NCBI RefSeq assembly: GCF_035084215.1
Contig: NC_090363.1
Coordinates: 9,300,001 to 9,364,000 of the forward strand
DNA length: 64,000 nucleotides
Origin: Heptranchias perlo
Lineage: Eukaryota
Reading direction: 5' to 3'
Below are positions 24,720 through 37,885 of the stretch, piece by piece. Numbering within the stretch: the stretch's first letter is position 1; each line of letters opens with the position of its first letter. The notes beneath the pieces were generated by a model. It had not been told where the DNA came from. It saw nothing but the letters and a program-made list of their open reading frames with translations, and did no database searches. Both the position numbers and the translations under genes were made by a program.

Positions 24720-26562
24720 GGGCGCTAAATTGGGCCGTGTAACGCCCGTTGTTTCGGCGCTACACGGTCTCTCCGACACGGTCGCACGTTTCCAGCCTGA
24801 CATGCACCAGACGCCATCTTGGTATAGGAGTCAGCACAGGTGCAGATAAGGAACGCTGGAATCATGTAAAGTAGGGAGAAAATGGTTACAATCAGTGTGC
24901 AACGCTGATTTTAAAGTGATAGACACCATTTTGGGACTTAACGCTCAACTCAACGCACAGTCTTAACCCCAATCATCTGAACGTGTCTTAGAGTGCCTGG
25001 AGGACCATGCAGGATTTACAGGTTAGTGGCTGGATAATTGCTTCTGGCTGCTGAGACATTTGTAACTGTTTTTGGAGGTCTCCTACACTTGAATACTAGG
25101 ACTAGGGGACATAGCCTAGCATTTAGAGCCAGGGCATGCAGGAGTGAAGTTAGGAAATGTTTCTACATGCAAAGCGTGGGAGACGTTTGGAACGCTCTTC
25201 TGCAAACGGCAATTGATGCTAGCTCACTTGTGAATGTTAAATCTGAGATTGATAGATTTCTGTGAACCAAGGGTATTAAGGCATATAGGGCTAAGGTGGG
25301 GTATATGGAGTTAGGTCACAGGTCCACCATGATCTCATTGAATGGTAGAACAGGGTCGAGGGGCTAAATGCCACTGCCACTTGCTGCCTCCTGATATGTG
25401 TCACCTTCTCCTGCAAGAAAACGGACGTGTGTCTGGGTGATGTGCCTCTCATGGTTGATTAGCTGCCAGTGTGTGTGGCCTGTGAGTTGTGGGTGGGCGG
25501 CTTGCAACAGTGGTAATGTGTAAGGGTGAGAGGAAGCATCAGATTGGAAGAGTTGAGTACTGATGGAAAGAGTTTATGGGTATGTGGGTGATGGGGGTGT
25601 AGTGTGTGGTGCAGTTGGTAGGAGACGCCACTTGACAGTTGACCTCACTCACCTTGACCACTCATGTCAAAGCATTGAACTTCTTCCTGCACTGCATCCA
25701 TGTTCATGATGCTGTGCGCCTGGCATTGACTTCATCCCCTGCTGCCTCCCACTGCCTTTTGGATATATGACTGGAGGGCCTCTTGCCCCCCACCCCCACC
25801 ACTGCGGATATAGAATGTCCCTCCTTCTGTCCACCTCTTGCACCAAGGTCTCTAGTGCAACAGCAGAGAACCTTGGTACACGCACACTTGCAGGAATACC
25901 AACTCAGATCGACAGATTGGTGAGGTCAGGCGTGCAGTTTGGAGGATGTGGGATTTAGTAGTGCGCAACCTTTATTCAATGTTTTAACATATCTCATCGG
26001 TATGTAAACATAGGGATGGGACCTGAATCTGTGTTTTACGTGTGCGATGTCTGATTTCTGTTCAGACTCCGTGCAGACAGTAGACTGTTATTTTCAGCAA
26101 ATAACAGGTACGATCTACCTTTAAGAAACATCCTGGGGGTGATTTTAACCCTCAAGAACGGGTGAGGTGGGGGCGGGTGGGAGTTGAAAATAGTTGTTTT
26201 TTTGGGTTTAGCGTCGGCGCGTAAAAGTACAGGCTTCCCACTGGGAATGCAAAGTCCGAAAATTTTACAGTTACGACCCAAAAGAAAATTATTTTCAACT
26301 CCCACCCGCCCCCAACCCACCCGTTCTCGGGGTTTAAAATCACCCCCCACTTACTTTAAGTGATTGGGCTCCCCCTGCTGGTGGAAAGTGTGAATTGCAT
26401 TGATACCAGGTGCAAGGCCTGGAATGGAACGCTGATTGTGGGTGAGCCCTTGGGCTGGCCGAAACTCGCATCCTGCCTGCGCAGGGTTCATTGGGCACGG
26501 GGTAATAGCGCATCACGCTACCCGCGCCCAAAAACGGCCCTTGTCCAATTTTTTTTTCTCCC
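24720..26562. mobile_element. Non-autonomous Harbinger element with a Myb/SANT remnant and an embedded CR1 fragment; contains a nested MITE (26135-26347)
   Basis: Ends GGGCGCTAAATTGG / CCAATTTTT..CTCCC. The - strand reads PRFSAVALETLVQEVDRRRDILYP...WMQCRKKFN. Two further copies lie at 52395-55685. Confidence 0.85.
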
Positions 26563-27339
26563 ACACTGTTTTCTGGCAGTTTTAAATTCCATTTGCACGG
26601 TCGGAGCTTTTAAATAGCAAAAAACCAGCCCGTGTTTTATACTGTATCATAACATTGCTAAATGGTTTTGAAAATAAGTTATCTTAGATATTAAACTTTA
26701 AATATTTAGGCTGGGATGTGGGATGGAGATTGGGATGCTGTTTAAAGTCATAGCCAGTGTGCTGGTTAAGGTTTTAGCCGGGATGCTGATTAAGGCTCTG
26801 GCTGGGATGTTCTTTGGCACTTCTGACTGGGACGTGTGTTGTGGATTCTTGCTGGGACACTGGTTGGAAGTACTGACTGGGATGGAGTTTCTGTCTGGGA
26901 TGTGGGATGGAGGTTCTGGCCAGGCTGTGGGCTGGATGTTTTAGTTGGGATATAGATTAGGCTGGATGCTCTTTAGGAGTTCTCACGGGGGATGTAGGTT
27001 TTGGATTCTTGCTGGGATACTGGTTAGGGGTTCTGGTTGGGATGTGAGATGAAGGTCTGGCTGACACATTGCTGAGATTTTCTGTGTGATTCTAATTCAG
27101 ATTCTGGAAATAGCTTGTTTGCCAGTTGGTGCCTATGATTTGGCAACATCTGGAAGGGCCAGACGCAGTATTTGCTGGAATATTTAATGACGACTATTTC
27201 AAAATTAGTTTTTAGAATCCATAAGATTAAGATATAGGAGATAGCAAATCCCCTCATCAAAAGTTATATTCAGCCAATCATGAGATGAAATACTCCAATA
27301 CTTGAGGTAGGGGCTGATTTTTCACAGAAAAGAAAGAAA

Positions 27340-27635
27340 GATTTATATAGTTCCTCTCTCAACCTCAGGACATCCTAAAGCGCTTTACAGCCAATGAAGT
27401 ACCTTTGCAGTGTAGTCATGGTGATAACGTAAGGAAACGTTGCAACCAATTTCCGCATGCAAAGTTCCACAAACAGCATTGAGATAAATGACTCATTAAG
27501 CTGCTCTTAGTGACACTGGATGAGGGATAAATGTTTGCCATGTGAACTCCCCCTGATCTTCTTCGAAATAATGCTGCAGGATCTTCTACATCCACCCGAG
27601 ACGGCAGGCGGGGCCTCGGTCTCATTCCAAAAGAC
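27340..27635 (-). mobile_element. SacSINE1-like fragment
   Basis: Reverse complement of the 3' two-thirds of 27955-28420. Confidence 0.75.
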
Positions 27636-27954
27636 AAGTAATGTGATTTGTTGGTCTGACTCCCGTACGGTCCCATTGAAAACAGTGCCCTTGCTGAGGG
27701 ATTTACAGAGGATCTGCGTGAGGTACAAGAGTAATGAGGTGATTGGGGTTTCCACACTGCACGAAGCAGTTGTACACAGGATGCAGCCTGTGGCTCTCGG
27801 TGCGGTATTCAGTGCAGCAAATGGAACGGCTGCAAGCGAAGCCTGCAGCATTCAGACACTGCACGCTAACAATGGGCTCTAAACTCCTTTTGGGAGGACT
27901 GTTTTAAATAGTTAACAGGGTATTTTAGTGCAGTGGTTATGTTACTGAACTCAT

Positions 27955-28420
27955 GGGAGGTGTCAGCCTTGGTTCAGTGTAGCAGTCTCGCCTCTAAGTC
28001 AAAAGGTTATGGGTTCAAGTCCCCACTCCGGAGACTTGAGCACAAATTCTATGCTGATGGTCCCAGTGCTGTACTGGGGGGAGTGCTGCACTGTTGGAGG
28101 TGCTGTCTTTCGGATGAGATGTTAAACCGAGGCCCCGTCTGCCCTCTTAGTTGGATGTAAAAGATCCCATTGCGCTATTTCGAAGAAGAGCAGGGGAGTT
28201 CTCCCCGGTGTCCTAGCCAACACTTATCCCTCAACCAACATCAGTAAAACAGATCATCTGGTCATCACATTGCTGTTTGTGGGAGCTTGCTGTGCACAAA
28301 TTGGCTGCCCTGGTTCCTACATTACAACAGTGACTACACTTCAAAAGTACTTCATTGGCTGTAAAGCGCTTTGGGACATATTGAGGTCATGAAAAGCACT
28401 GTATAAATGCAAGTCTTTCT
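27955..28420 (+). mobile_element. Full-length SacSINE1-like DeuSINE (tRNA head, Deu domain, LINE-derived tail), nested in another tRNA-SINE (27919-28655)
   Basis: Pol III A/B boxes (tggttcagtg..., gggttcaagtcc); Deu core gaggtgctgtctttcggatgagatgttaaaccgaggcccc...gtaaaagatccc; tail gtaaagcgctttggg...tataaatgcaagt. Confidence 0.88.
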
Positions 28421-29384
28421 GTAATCCTGAGAACGTGAGTTCAAATCCCACCATGGTGGTTTGAGAATTTTAATTCAGGTTAAAATGAAAAGCTGGTCTT
28501 CAGCAATAGTGCATTGTCATAAAAACCCAACTGATTCACTAATTCCATTTACCTGGTCTGGCCTAAATATGATTCCAGTCCCACACTAACATGGGTTGTA
28601 TCAAATCACAAAACACCACCGTTTAAGACAACTAGGGATCCCAAGAATGAGTAAAAGAGACCCTTCCTCAGATCTGAGATAGAAAAACAGATGGTACAGC
28701 ATTTATAAAGGAACAGAACAAGAGAAAAGGGGAGAGAGCGTACAACAACCAAGAGAAATAAAATGACCTGCAAAGTGGGGAATCCAACTGGTTGACTAAT
28801 TCTTCAGGGAAGGAAACCTGCCATCCTTGGCCTGTATGTGATCCCAGTCCCAACGTGGCTGACTCTTAAACACTCTCTAAAATGGCCCGGGGATGGAAAA
28901 TAAATGCCAGCCTTGCCAGTGACCCCCTTATCCTGAGATCTTTAAAAATAGGAACTCACCAGAAGTAATGCCTCGGAAAATCGTTGACAGTGTTTGGGGG
29001 TAATTTTAGCTTTGGGCGACGGTGTAAACTAAGTGCTATTGAATTGACCATCCATTATACAGCCCACTGGATTTCCCCTTTGATTGCCTTTAATGGAAAG
29101 GAAAACTAGCCGGCCAATCCAATATCACTCGTTTTACACAATGCCAACGTTACCCCTGTCTGCTATAATAGATTTACCTAAAATATTTGTCAGTGTAGAA
29201 CTTCAAATATTGAACAGAATGGTAACTGACCCCTGTCTGGTCCTCTCTCCCTTTCTGATCTGCTCCTTTTCCTTTACTGTGACATCTGAGTCACTGAGCT
29301 CTGTTACAGAAATGAACCTTCCCTTTTAAACCTTTCCCCTGACTTCCCTCCCCGACAGGTCTTAAACATCAAATAATGGGACCA

Positions 29385-30078
29385 AACGTGTGTCTCCTTA
29401 ACCAACGAGATTTAAGGACTGAGAAAGAAACTGGGGAACAATGGAAGAGGGTGAATTAGAGTCAGATCAGGTGCAGAAAGAGAACTAAAGAGAGGGAAAG
29501 AAAGACTGGATAAAAAGAAAAAAAAGAGACAGAATGGAAAAGTAAGAAAAAACAATGTAAAAATGTAAAATTTAACATTTTAAAACACTCCAACAACAAT
29601 TCATTATCTGAAGGAATGAGACTCCACAGTTTAAATTGGTCATTTTCTGGGTCAGAGAGGTTGATTGGCAGTCATTAACAATTATCATGTTGTTAAAAGG
29701 GTACTTGGACTATTAATTCATAGAATCATAGAATGGCTGCAGCACAGAAGGAGGCCATTCGGCCCATTGAGCCCTGTGCTGGCTCTTGGTAAGAGCAATC
29801 CAATTAGTCCCATTCCCCCACTCTTTCCCCATAGACTTAATTTTCTGTGGCAAATATAATGGGCAGTCAACATGCAAATCCAGCAAGTTCTAATAAGAAC
29901 GGGGAGGCTAAGGGCGAGATGCCGATTGTGTGAAGCAAATGGCAGAGCTGCTTAAATCGACCACTAAGTTCTGGTGATTCGCAACTCACACTGTATCTCT
30001 TAATCCCCTGAACTTGCTGGCCGATTTGCACATTGTGTGTTGTTCACACACCGATATTTTTTCAGTAAGTTCTGACCC
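29385..30078 (-). mobile_element. About 750-bp non-autonomous DNA transposon (GGGCCAGAATTT-TIR family), partial, with a small CR1 tail insert at ~29718-29835
   Basis: Reverse complement of the elements at 34667-35444 and 38417-39149. Confidence 0.7.
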
Positions 30079-30324
30079 TTATCCTTTGACTCTTATTGCA
30101 TGTTTTACTATGTCTATTGCCAACAACCCATTTTTTTTCCTGTGAAAGTTGAATCATTTTGCAAAAGCAACCACTTCTGTTTCCAAACTACCACTGTGGC
30201 TATTTTCTTCCTGGATATTGGTGCCTTTCATATTCTGACACATCTTACTAAATGCACAAAAAAAAATCCCCGGGAATGGCAACCTGGTAAATGACCGGAA
30301 ATCAGGTCACGAACTAGAAGAACG

Positions 30325-30752
30325 AACTTGCATTTATATAGCGCCTTACACAACCTCAGGTTGTCCCAAAGCACTTTACAACCAATGAAGTACTTTTGAA
30401 GTGTAGTCACTGTTGTAATGTAGGAAATGCAGCAGCCAATTTGCGCACAGCAAGATCCCACAAACAGCCATGAGAGAAATGACTAGATCTTCTGATTTTA
30501 GTGATGTTGGATGAGGGATAAATGTTGGCCAGGGCACATTTGCAATGTAGCTTGTACACAGCCAGCTGTGGCTTAGTCCATAGTACTCTTTTCTCTGATG
30601 TGTACAAGGTTGTGAGTTCAGTTCCCATTCCAGGTGATAAAATCTAAGCTGATACTCCCAGTGCAGTACTGAGGGAGTGCTGCACTATCGGAGGTGCCGC
30701 CTTTTGGATGAAAAGTTAAACAGAGGATGTAAAAGATCCCACGCCACTATTT
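30325..30752 (-). mobile_element. SacSINE1-like copy with inverted 5' half
   Basis: The 3' half is on - (30325-30537) and the 5' half on + (30560-30752); the two halves are complementary parts of one consensus. Confidence 0.75.
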
Positions 30753-31299
30753 CCAACTGCATTAGTGGTGGGAAATCTTTCAAAACTTACCCCTGCCTTC
30801 TCTTACCAGCTGTCCAGTCCAGGAGCTGAATGAAAGTTTACTTTACTCGATCTGGTCAACACAGCAGCAACTGAGAGCCGAAAATCAATCACAATAAAAA
30901 TGTTTTAAGTCCTACATGCACGCAAAAATAACTTAAGTTTTTTTCTTTCGAGGGAGCGTTTTATTTTAAGTCTTTGCTACGGCGCTGGTCTGCAGCATAA
31001 AGTTGCAGCACTGCACGCATGAAGATACATCAAGACGCTTTCATATGTGTCCTGGTCGGTATCTGTGGGATGAAGTAACTGAAGGCTCTCTGTCACACGT
31101 ATAGGAGCTGCCCAGTGCTGTGGTTTAGAGAGGGAGCTGAACCTACACGTAAATCAGCTGCACCGGTTTTCCGTTAGCATTGTCACTTCATTTAATTCTG
31201 ACACATTAATCTGCAAAATCTTTGTTAGCAAAAAAAAACGCGGCGCCAACGCTGAGCTGGTGCTATTTTTTTAAATCTTAAAACTTTGATTTCTGACAT

Positions 31300-31508
31300 A
31301 ATGCAAAGACTTTGTTCTGGCCACTTCCGTTGTAAACCCAGACACTGAATCACATGAGTAACTGTTCCTCTTTTCTTATTGAGTTCTCCTCGGCGTTATT
31401 CTTCACTGTGATAGCTGGTACCCCACGGCATTGAATGAGGTGACATTGTTTATTGAGGGCCGAGTCTCGGTGAAGCTGAGTTACGTGTAGCTCCCTCTCT
31501 TTACTGTG
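31300..31508 (+). promoter_or_regulatory. Putative proximal promoter/5'UTR of the Ig receptor gene
   Basis: Repeat-free sequence upstream of the leader ATG with an ETS-type motif CACTTCCG at 31322-31329. The assignment is positional only. Confidence 0.3.
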
Positions 31509-31596
31509 ATGTCGGAGCGCACTATGTACGGGAGAATAAATCCCTTTAAATTCACCAATATTTTCCTTTTCATCAGTTATTTTATTTCCCTCTCCG
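31509..31596 (+). CDS. Exon 1 (signal peptide) of a single-IgV ITIM-bearing CEACAM/HEPACAM-like receptor
   Basis: ATG at 31509 opens MSERTMYGRINPFKFTNIFLFISYFISLS, with a hydrophobic leader core. It ends in a phase-1 donor G|gtaagt at 31596/31597, the typical IgSF leader-exon arrangement, and the phase matches exon 2. Confidence 0.8.
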
Positions 31597-31714
31597 GTAA
31601 GTTTTTTTTTCTCCCCTTTCTCTTCTAGTATAAATGTAATTATATTTCTCAGTTCCCTTTGACTGTGTGACTGTTTTGTTGACTGTGTTTAATCAGGGCG
31701 GGGATCCCATCCAT

Positions 31715-34140
31715 CTTCAACTATCCGAATATAGACTGGGATAGTAATAGTGTAAAGGGCAAAGAGGGGAAAGAATTTCTGACGTGTATTCGGGATCCAG
31801 CCCAACGAGGAAGGTGGCGATGCTGGATCTGGTTCTGGAGATGAGGGGGGGGTCAAGTGCAGCAAGTGTCAGTGGGGGAGCATTTAGGGAACAGTGATCA
31901 TAATATCATTAGGTTTAGACTAGTTATGGAAAAGGACTAGGAGCAACCTAGAGTAATAATACTCAATTGGAGGAGGGCCAATTTCAGTGGGTTGAGAATG
32001 GATCTGGCCCGGGTAAATTGGAATCAAAGATTGGAAGACAAAACTGTGATCCAACACGGGCGGTCTTTAAAGAGGGGATGGTTTGGGTACAGTCTCGGTA
32101 CATTCCCATGAGAGGGAAAGGTAGGGCATCTAAAACCAAAGCTATCTGGATGCCGAAAGAGATAGAGAGTAAGATGAAGCAGAAAAATGGGGAGTATGAC
32201 AGATGTCTGGTTGATAATACAAGTGAGAACCAGGCTGAATATCGAAAGTACAGTGAAGAAGTGAAAAATGAAATAAGAGGGGCAAAGAGAGAGTATGAGA
32301 ATAGACTGGCGTCTAACATAAAAGGGAATCCAAAAGTCTTCTATAGGCATATAAATAATAAATGGGTAGTAAGAGGAGGGATGGGACCGTATTAGGCACC
32401 AAAAAGGAGATGGCAGAAGGCATGTCCGAGGTACTAAATTAATACTTTGCATCTGTCTTTACCAAAGAAGAAGATGCTGCTAAAGTCACAGTAAAAGAGA
32501 AGGTAGTTGAGATACTGGATGGGCCAAAAATTGATAAAGAGGAGGTACTAGAAATGCTGACTGTACTCTAAGTAGATAAGTCACCTGGTCCAGATGGGAT
32601 GAATCCTAGGTTGCTGAGGGATATAAGGGTGGAAATTGCAGAGGTGCTGGCCATAATCTTCCAATCTTCCTTAGATATGTGGGTAGTGCCAGAGGACTGG
32701 AGAATTGCAAATGTTACATCTTTGTTCAAAAAAGGGTGTAAAGATAAACCCGGCAACTACAGGCCAGTTAGTTTAACCTCGGTGGTGGGTAAACTTTTAG
32801 AAATGATAACCAGGGACAAAATTACTAGTCACTTGGACAAGTTTGGATTAATTAAAGAAAGCCAGCATGGATTTGGTAAAGGCAAATTGTGTTTAACTAA
32901 CTTGATTGAGGTTTTTGATGAGGTAATAGAGAGTGTTGATGAAGGCAATATGGTTGATGTTGTGAATATGGCCTTCCAAAAGGCAATTTATAAAGTGCAA
33001 CAAAATAGGCTTGTCAGCAAAATTGAAGCCCATGGACTAAAAGGCAGAATGGATACGAAATTGAGTAAGTGGCAGGAAAGAGAGAGTAGTGGTGAACGGT
33101 TGTTTTTCGGACTGGAGGGAGGTGTACAGTGGTGTTCCCCCGGGGCCGGTACTAGGACCACTGCTTTTTTTGATATATATTAATGACTTGGACTTGGATG
33201 TACAGGGCACAATTTCAAAATTTGCAGATGACACAAAACTTGGAAGTGTAGTAAACAGTTATAGACATCAAGAGGACATAGACAGACAGACTGGTAGAAT
33301 GGGAGGACACATGGCAGATGAAATTTAACGCGGAGAAATGCGAAGTGATACATTTTGGCAGGAAGAACGAGGAGAGGCAATATAAACTAAAGGGTACAAT
33401 TCTAAAGTGGGTGCAGGAACAGAGAGATTTGGGGGTATATGCGTACAAATCTTTGAAGGTGGCAGGGCAGGATGAGAAAGCAGTTAAAAAAGCATACGGG
33501 ATCCTGGGCTTTATAAATAGAGGCATAGAGTACAAGAGCAAGGAAGTCATATTGAACCTTTATAAAACACTGGTTCAACCACAACTGGAGTATTGTGTCC
33601 AATTCCGGGCACCACACTTTAGGAAGGATGTGAAGACCTTAGAGAGGGTGCAGAAAAGATTTACTAGAATGGTTCCAGAGGTGAGGGACTTCAGTTACGT
33701 GGGTAGACTGGAGAAGCTGGGGTTGTTCCAGTTAGAGCAGTAAAGTTGAGAGGAGATTTGATAGAAGTGTTCAAAATCATGATGGGTTTAGATAAAGTGA
33801 ATAAAGAGAAACTGTTCCCTTTGGCAGAAGGTTGGAGAACTAGAGGACACAGATTTAAGGTGACTGGCAAAGGAACCAAAGGCGATGTGAGGAAAAACTT
33901 TTTTACGCAGCGAGTTGTTATGATCTGGAATGCGCTGTCTGAAAGGGTGGTGGAAGCAGATTCAATCATGGCTTTCAAAAAGGAATTGGATAAACACTTG
34001 AAGGGAAAAAAATTGCAGGGCTATGGGAAAGAGTGGGGGAATGGGACTAACTGGATTACTCTTACAAAGAGCCGGCACGGGCTCGATGGGCCGAAAGGCC
34101 TCCTTCTGTGCTGTAACCATTCTGTGTTTCTATGATTCTA
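31715..34140 (+). mobile_element. 5'-truncated CR1 LINE (about 2.4 kb; end of endonuclease plus RT, disrupted) in intron 1
   Basis: FNYPNIDW, SDHNII, VPEDWRIANVTSLFKKG..PGNYRPVSLTSVVGK, QHGF.KGK.CLTNL, GVPPGPVLGPLLFLIYINDL, FADDTKL, LEYCVQF; stops and frameshifts; (attct)n tail. Confidence 0.97.
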
Positions 34141-34666
34141 TTCACTCACTGATCTAAAGTAAATGAAGCTGAACTCATCCCTGAGATCTTCAGTCTCATT
34201 CAGTCAGGCTTCTGTGAATAGGTAGAATCCCCATCACCATCTGCTGTTCAACACTGTGAGTTACCTGAACTCCCAACTGTAGCTGGGATTTATTAATGAA
34301 TTAACTGACCTCTCACAAGTCTTTATTCAATGGTTATTTAATTATTAATGTGTCAGATGTTCGTGTGTGTTTTATAAATTGGATTAATTAGAACAGTTGG
34401 ATCTGAGCATATAATCTAGCTTGTCACTTCAGTTCAGAACTGATGGAGCGCTACACTGTCGATATCCCTCTACCACTTCAATTAGAGTTAAATGATCCTG
34501 TGGAACTATTCAAAGAAGAGCAGGGAGTTCTCCAGTGTCCTGGCCAAAATTTATCCTTCAATTAATGCCTCTAGAACAGGCTAGATGGTCGTTTATCTCA
34601 TTTGCAGTGTGTAGCCAAATTAGCTGTGGTGTTTGCTACAGTTGTTATTTTTGAAGTGTAGTCGTT

Positions 34667-35444
34667 GGGCCAAAATTTGCTGTCAAAGTAACAGCAAGGC
34701 TAATAACACTCGCCGTTATTAATGGGTAAACGGTACAGCAACTTTAGGTGATGAGCAGATGCGTGGTTAAATGTGAATATCCAAAAGTCGCTATCCGAAT
34801 TGCCCTGCTCCACCGTTAACTTTGCAAAAACAGCATCTCACCCTTCGCTTCCCTGTTTTTTTTAAGAACTTGCTGTATTTTCCCATTAATTGCGCATTAA
34901 ACTCACCACAGAAAGTTAAGTCTTCCCGTTATAAGTGTAAGTATCCTTTTAATGACATGATAAATGCCAATCAACCTCTCTGGCACCAAAAATTAACTAC
35001 TATAAATGTGGAGTCTCATTCCTTCAGGTTTTGAATTTTTGGGGGAGATTTTGAAAATGTCCAATTTTAAATTTTAAATTGTTTTTTTCTTACTTTTCCT
35101 TTCTGTCTCTTTTCTCTCTCTCTCCTAATCCAATGTTTCTTTCCCTCTCTTTATTTCTCTTTCTGTATCTGATTTGATATTGAATTCACTCCCTTTAATT
35201 CACTCTCCTTCTCAGTCCTTCCGCTGTTTATTTCTCAATATTTAAATCTCACTGATTAAGAAGATACCCTGTTTTTTACCCTGTTCACTACGGTCCCAGA
35301 TGCACTGTTTCCCTTGTTGCCCTGTTACCAGCTCACACTTTCAGCAACTTTGTGGGCTAAATGTTTTTTGATCTGAAGCATGCAGGGGGCAAGTCTAATT
35401 AACGGCAGACGCCATTAGATGCCCTGCTACAGAAAATTCTGGCC
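34667..35444 (+). mobile_element. Non-autonomous Harbinger-like element, about 780 bp
   Basis: TIRs GGGCCAAAATTT / AAATTCTGGCCC; 3-bp flanks GTT/ATT; inserted in a SINE remnant. Confidence 0.8.
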
Positions 35445-35659
35445 CATTGTTGTTCCGCAGACAAAATGCTTTGGGATGCACTGAGGAAATACAACGTTTG
35501 GTATAAATGCAAGTTCTTATTTCCTAACTCTGTCCTGACGTTACAGGTGTTTTGTGATTACAAACTAACGGGATTTGGGCTGTCCTGAGGTTGTGAAAAG
35601 AGCTATATGAATGCAAATTCTTTTGTTTTTGAGTTAAATCACAACCTACCTTAAAAGCA

Positions 35660-36985
35660 GGGATTTGGGTGTCCACGTAAACAAATCACTAAAATCAAGT
35701 GCACAGGTACAAAAAGTAATCAAAAAAAGCTAATGGAATGTTGGCCTTTATCTCAAGGGAGGCTGGAACACAAAGGGGAGGAAGTTACGCTTCAGTTGTA
35801 TCGAGCCTTGGGTCAGACCCCATCTGGAGTATTGCCTTCAATTTTGGGCACTGCACCTCAGGAAGGATATGTTGGCCGTGGAGGGGTTATAGTGCAGATT
35901 CATCAGAATGATACTGGGACTTAAAGGGTTAACTTATGAGGCCAGTTTGCATGAGCTTGGTTTGTATTCCCTTGAGTTTAGACAGTTGAGGTGTGTAGGC
36001 GGGTTTTTCCGTTACTGTCGCAACAAAGGGTAGTTAGTCCTTCAACGAGAATTTCTGCGCAATTCAGGTCCGAGTGGTTATTCAACACCAAGTTTTAATA
36101 TTGACTTACTACAGTGTATTAATAAACTGTCTTCAGATTACATTAAATGACGAGCAATTAATACAACCTGGTTCCTGCGGACTCAGGATTGATCAGACTC
36201 GTCCTTCATAGGCTGCCTTTTGGCCATGGACTTCCAACTGTCCTGAGAGCTCTAACTTTTGGGAGGGAGCCTGCCCTATCTTTATAGTATTCAGCTGCTA
36301 TGTTCTGCACGTAAGCATCTCTTAGTTGTTGGTTATCCCACCAGGCTGACGCCACCTTAGCAACTCAAGATGAGCTGTTTCACGTAGCGTAACTAATTAC
36401 CTCAATCTTCATCTCTGTTTTGTAAACTGTTTGTTCCTCTCAGGAACGCGTAGGTCCTTGGTTACCACATCCCTTGTCTGGGTGCAGACTCTCTCATGTC
36501 CTCGCCCCCACCAGTATTGCTCTCTTGCCTGGATCCGATGTGAGACGGGAGACTTGACTGTGCTTGTTTTAAACCATATTCTTATCAGGGGTAATCTAAT
36601 CTAATCTAAACTGTGTTTAAAATGATAAAGTGATTCGAGAGGGTAGATACAGGGAAACTATTTCCTCTGGTGGGGACATCCAGAACAAAGAGGCACAATT
36701 TTAAAATTAGAGCGGGGCCATTCAGGAGTGAAATGAGAAAACACTTTATCACACAAAGGGTGGAGGAAATCTGAAATTCTCTTCCCCCAAAACACTGGGG
36801 ATGCTGGGTCAATTGAAATTTTCAATCATGAGATCAACAGATTTTTATTAAATAAGGGTAATGAGGGATATGGATCAAGGGCAGGTAAATGAAGTTGAAG
36901 TATAGATTTAGTAATGATTTAAATCGTAAGGTGGAACAGGCTCGAGGGACTAAATAGTCAACTCCTGTTGCTATGTTCCTATGTA
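35660..36985 (+). mobile_element. CR1 3' fragment interrupted by a solo LTR
   Basis: LQLYRAL..HLEYC..FWA; the CR1 sequence resumes at 36588 in register with the consensus. Confidence 0.88.
35994..36587 (-). mobile_element. Solo LTR related to 252-902
   Basis: The reverse complement begins tgataagaatatggtttaaaac, shares tataaagatagggc..ctcccaaaagttagagctctc and gttgcgacagta, and ends CA. Probable 4-bp TSD GGTG/GGGG. Confidence 0.8.
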
Positions 36986-37147
36986 CTCTGTCTGCTTTTA
37001 ATGTAACTATTAACCCTTTTATTTTAATGTTTCCACTGGACTATATTAAGAGTTTGCATGTTATACCATCAACTGTAATCTCTAGTTTATAATTGTTATT
37101 ACTGTAAACCAATGATTTGTGTGTGTAATGAACTTAAAGACTTAATG

Positions 37148-37335
37148 AACGGGGACCAGAGGGAATCTCCCCGCTGTATTTATAAAGTCAGTGTCAGAGA
37201 GAGAGATCAGAGGGGACCTTCCTGCTGTGTTTATAATGTCACTGATACACACAGAGAGACCAGAGAGAATCTTCCCATAGTGTTTATAATGTCACTGACA
37301 CAGAGAGAGACCTGAGGGAATCTTCCCACTGTCAC
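37148..37335. repeat. Degenerate about 55-bp tandem repeat (3-4 copies)
   Basis: gagagaccagagggaatcttccc..tgtgtttataatgtcactgac repeated. Confidence 0.75.
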
Positions 37336-37539
37336 AATTACAATGATCGGAGGGCTGAGTCTCCCAAATTTAGTAAGTCAGTTCTGTGAGCTGAAACTGA
37401 AATGTTGGGTTAACAAAAAGTAAAAAAAAACTGCAGATGCAGGAAACCTAAATCAATAGCAGAAAATGGTAGAGACATTCAGCAGGTCAGGCAGCATCTG
37501 TGGAGAGAACACAAGTCAATCGGCATCTTGGGTATAGAC

Positions 37540-37885
37540 GGCTAGGTAGTGTAGTGGTTGTGGTACTGGACTAGTAATCCAGGCGGCTTGGACTAATAAT
37601 TTAGAGAATGTGAGTTCGAATCCCACCTTGAGAGTTTGAATTTAGTTTAAAAAGCTGGTACCAGTAAAAGAGATTGTGAAGCTGTCGGATTGTGGTTAAA
37701 AACCCAACAGGTTCACTAATTCCCTTTACCCAATCTGGCCTATATGTGACTCCAGTCCCACACTAACATGGTTTACTCTTAACTGCCCTCTGAAGCCACT
37801 CGGTTGTATCAAACCTCAAACCACCAGGATTTTCTTTGGACAACTAGGGATGAGCAATAAATGGCTGCATCCTAAGAATTAGTAA
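37540..37885 (+). mobile_element. tRNA-derived SINE (second family)
   Basis: A box tagtgtagtggtt, B box gagttcgaatcc; its 3' tail (actagggatgagcaataaatg) is shared with the second LINE family. Confidence 0.78.

Noticed and set aside
26710-27065. Hydrophobic 73-aa ORF
   Set aside because: Derived from a degenerate ctgggatg-rich low-complexity repeat.
27955-28035. tRNA-like sequences (also 37540-37630 and 56712-56762)
   Set aside because: SINE heads continuous with SINE bodies; no intact cloverleaf.
31967-34135. Reverse transcriptase ORFs as a functional gene
   Set aside because: 5'-truncated CR1 with multiple stops and frameshifts.
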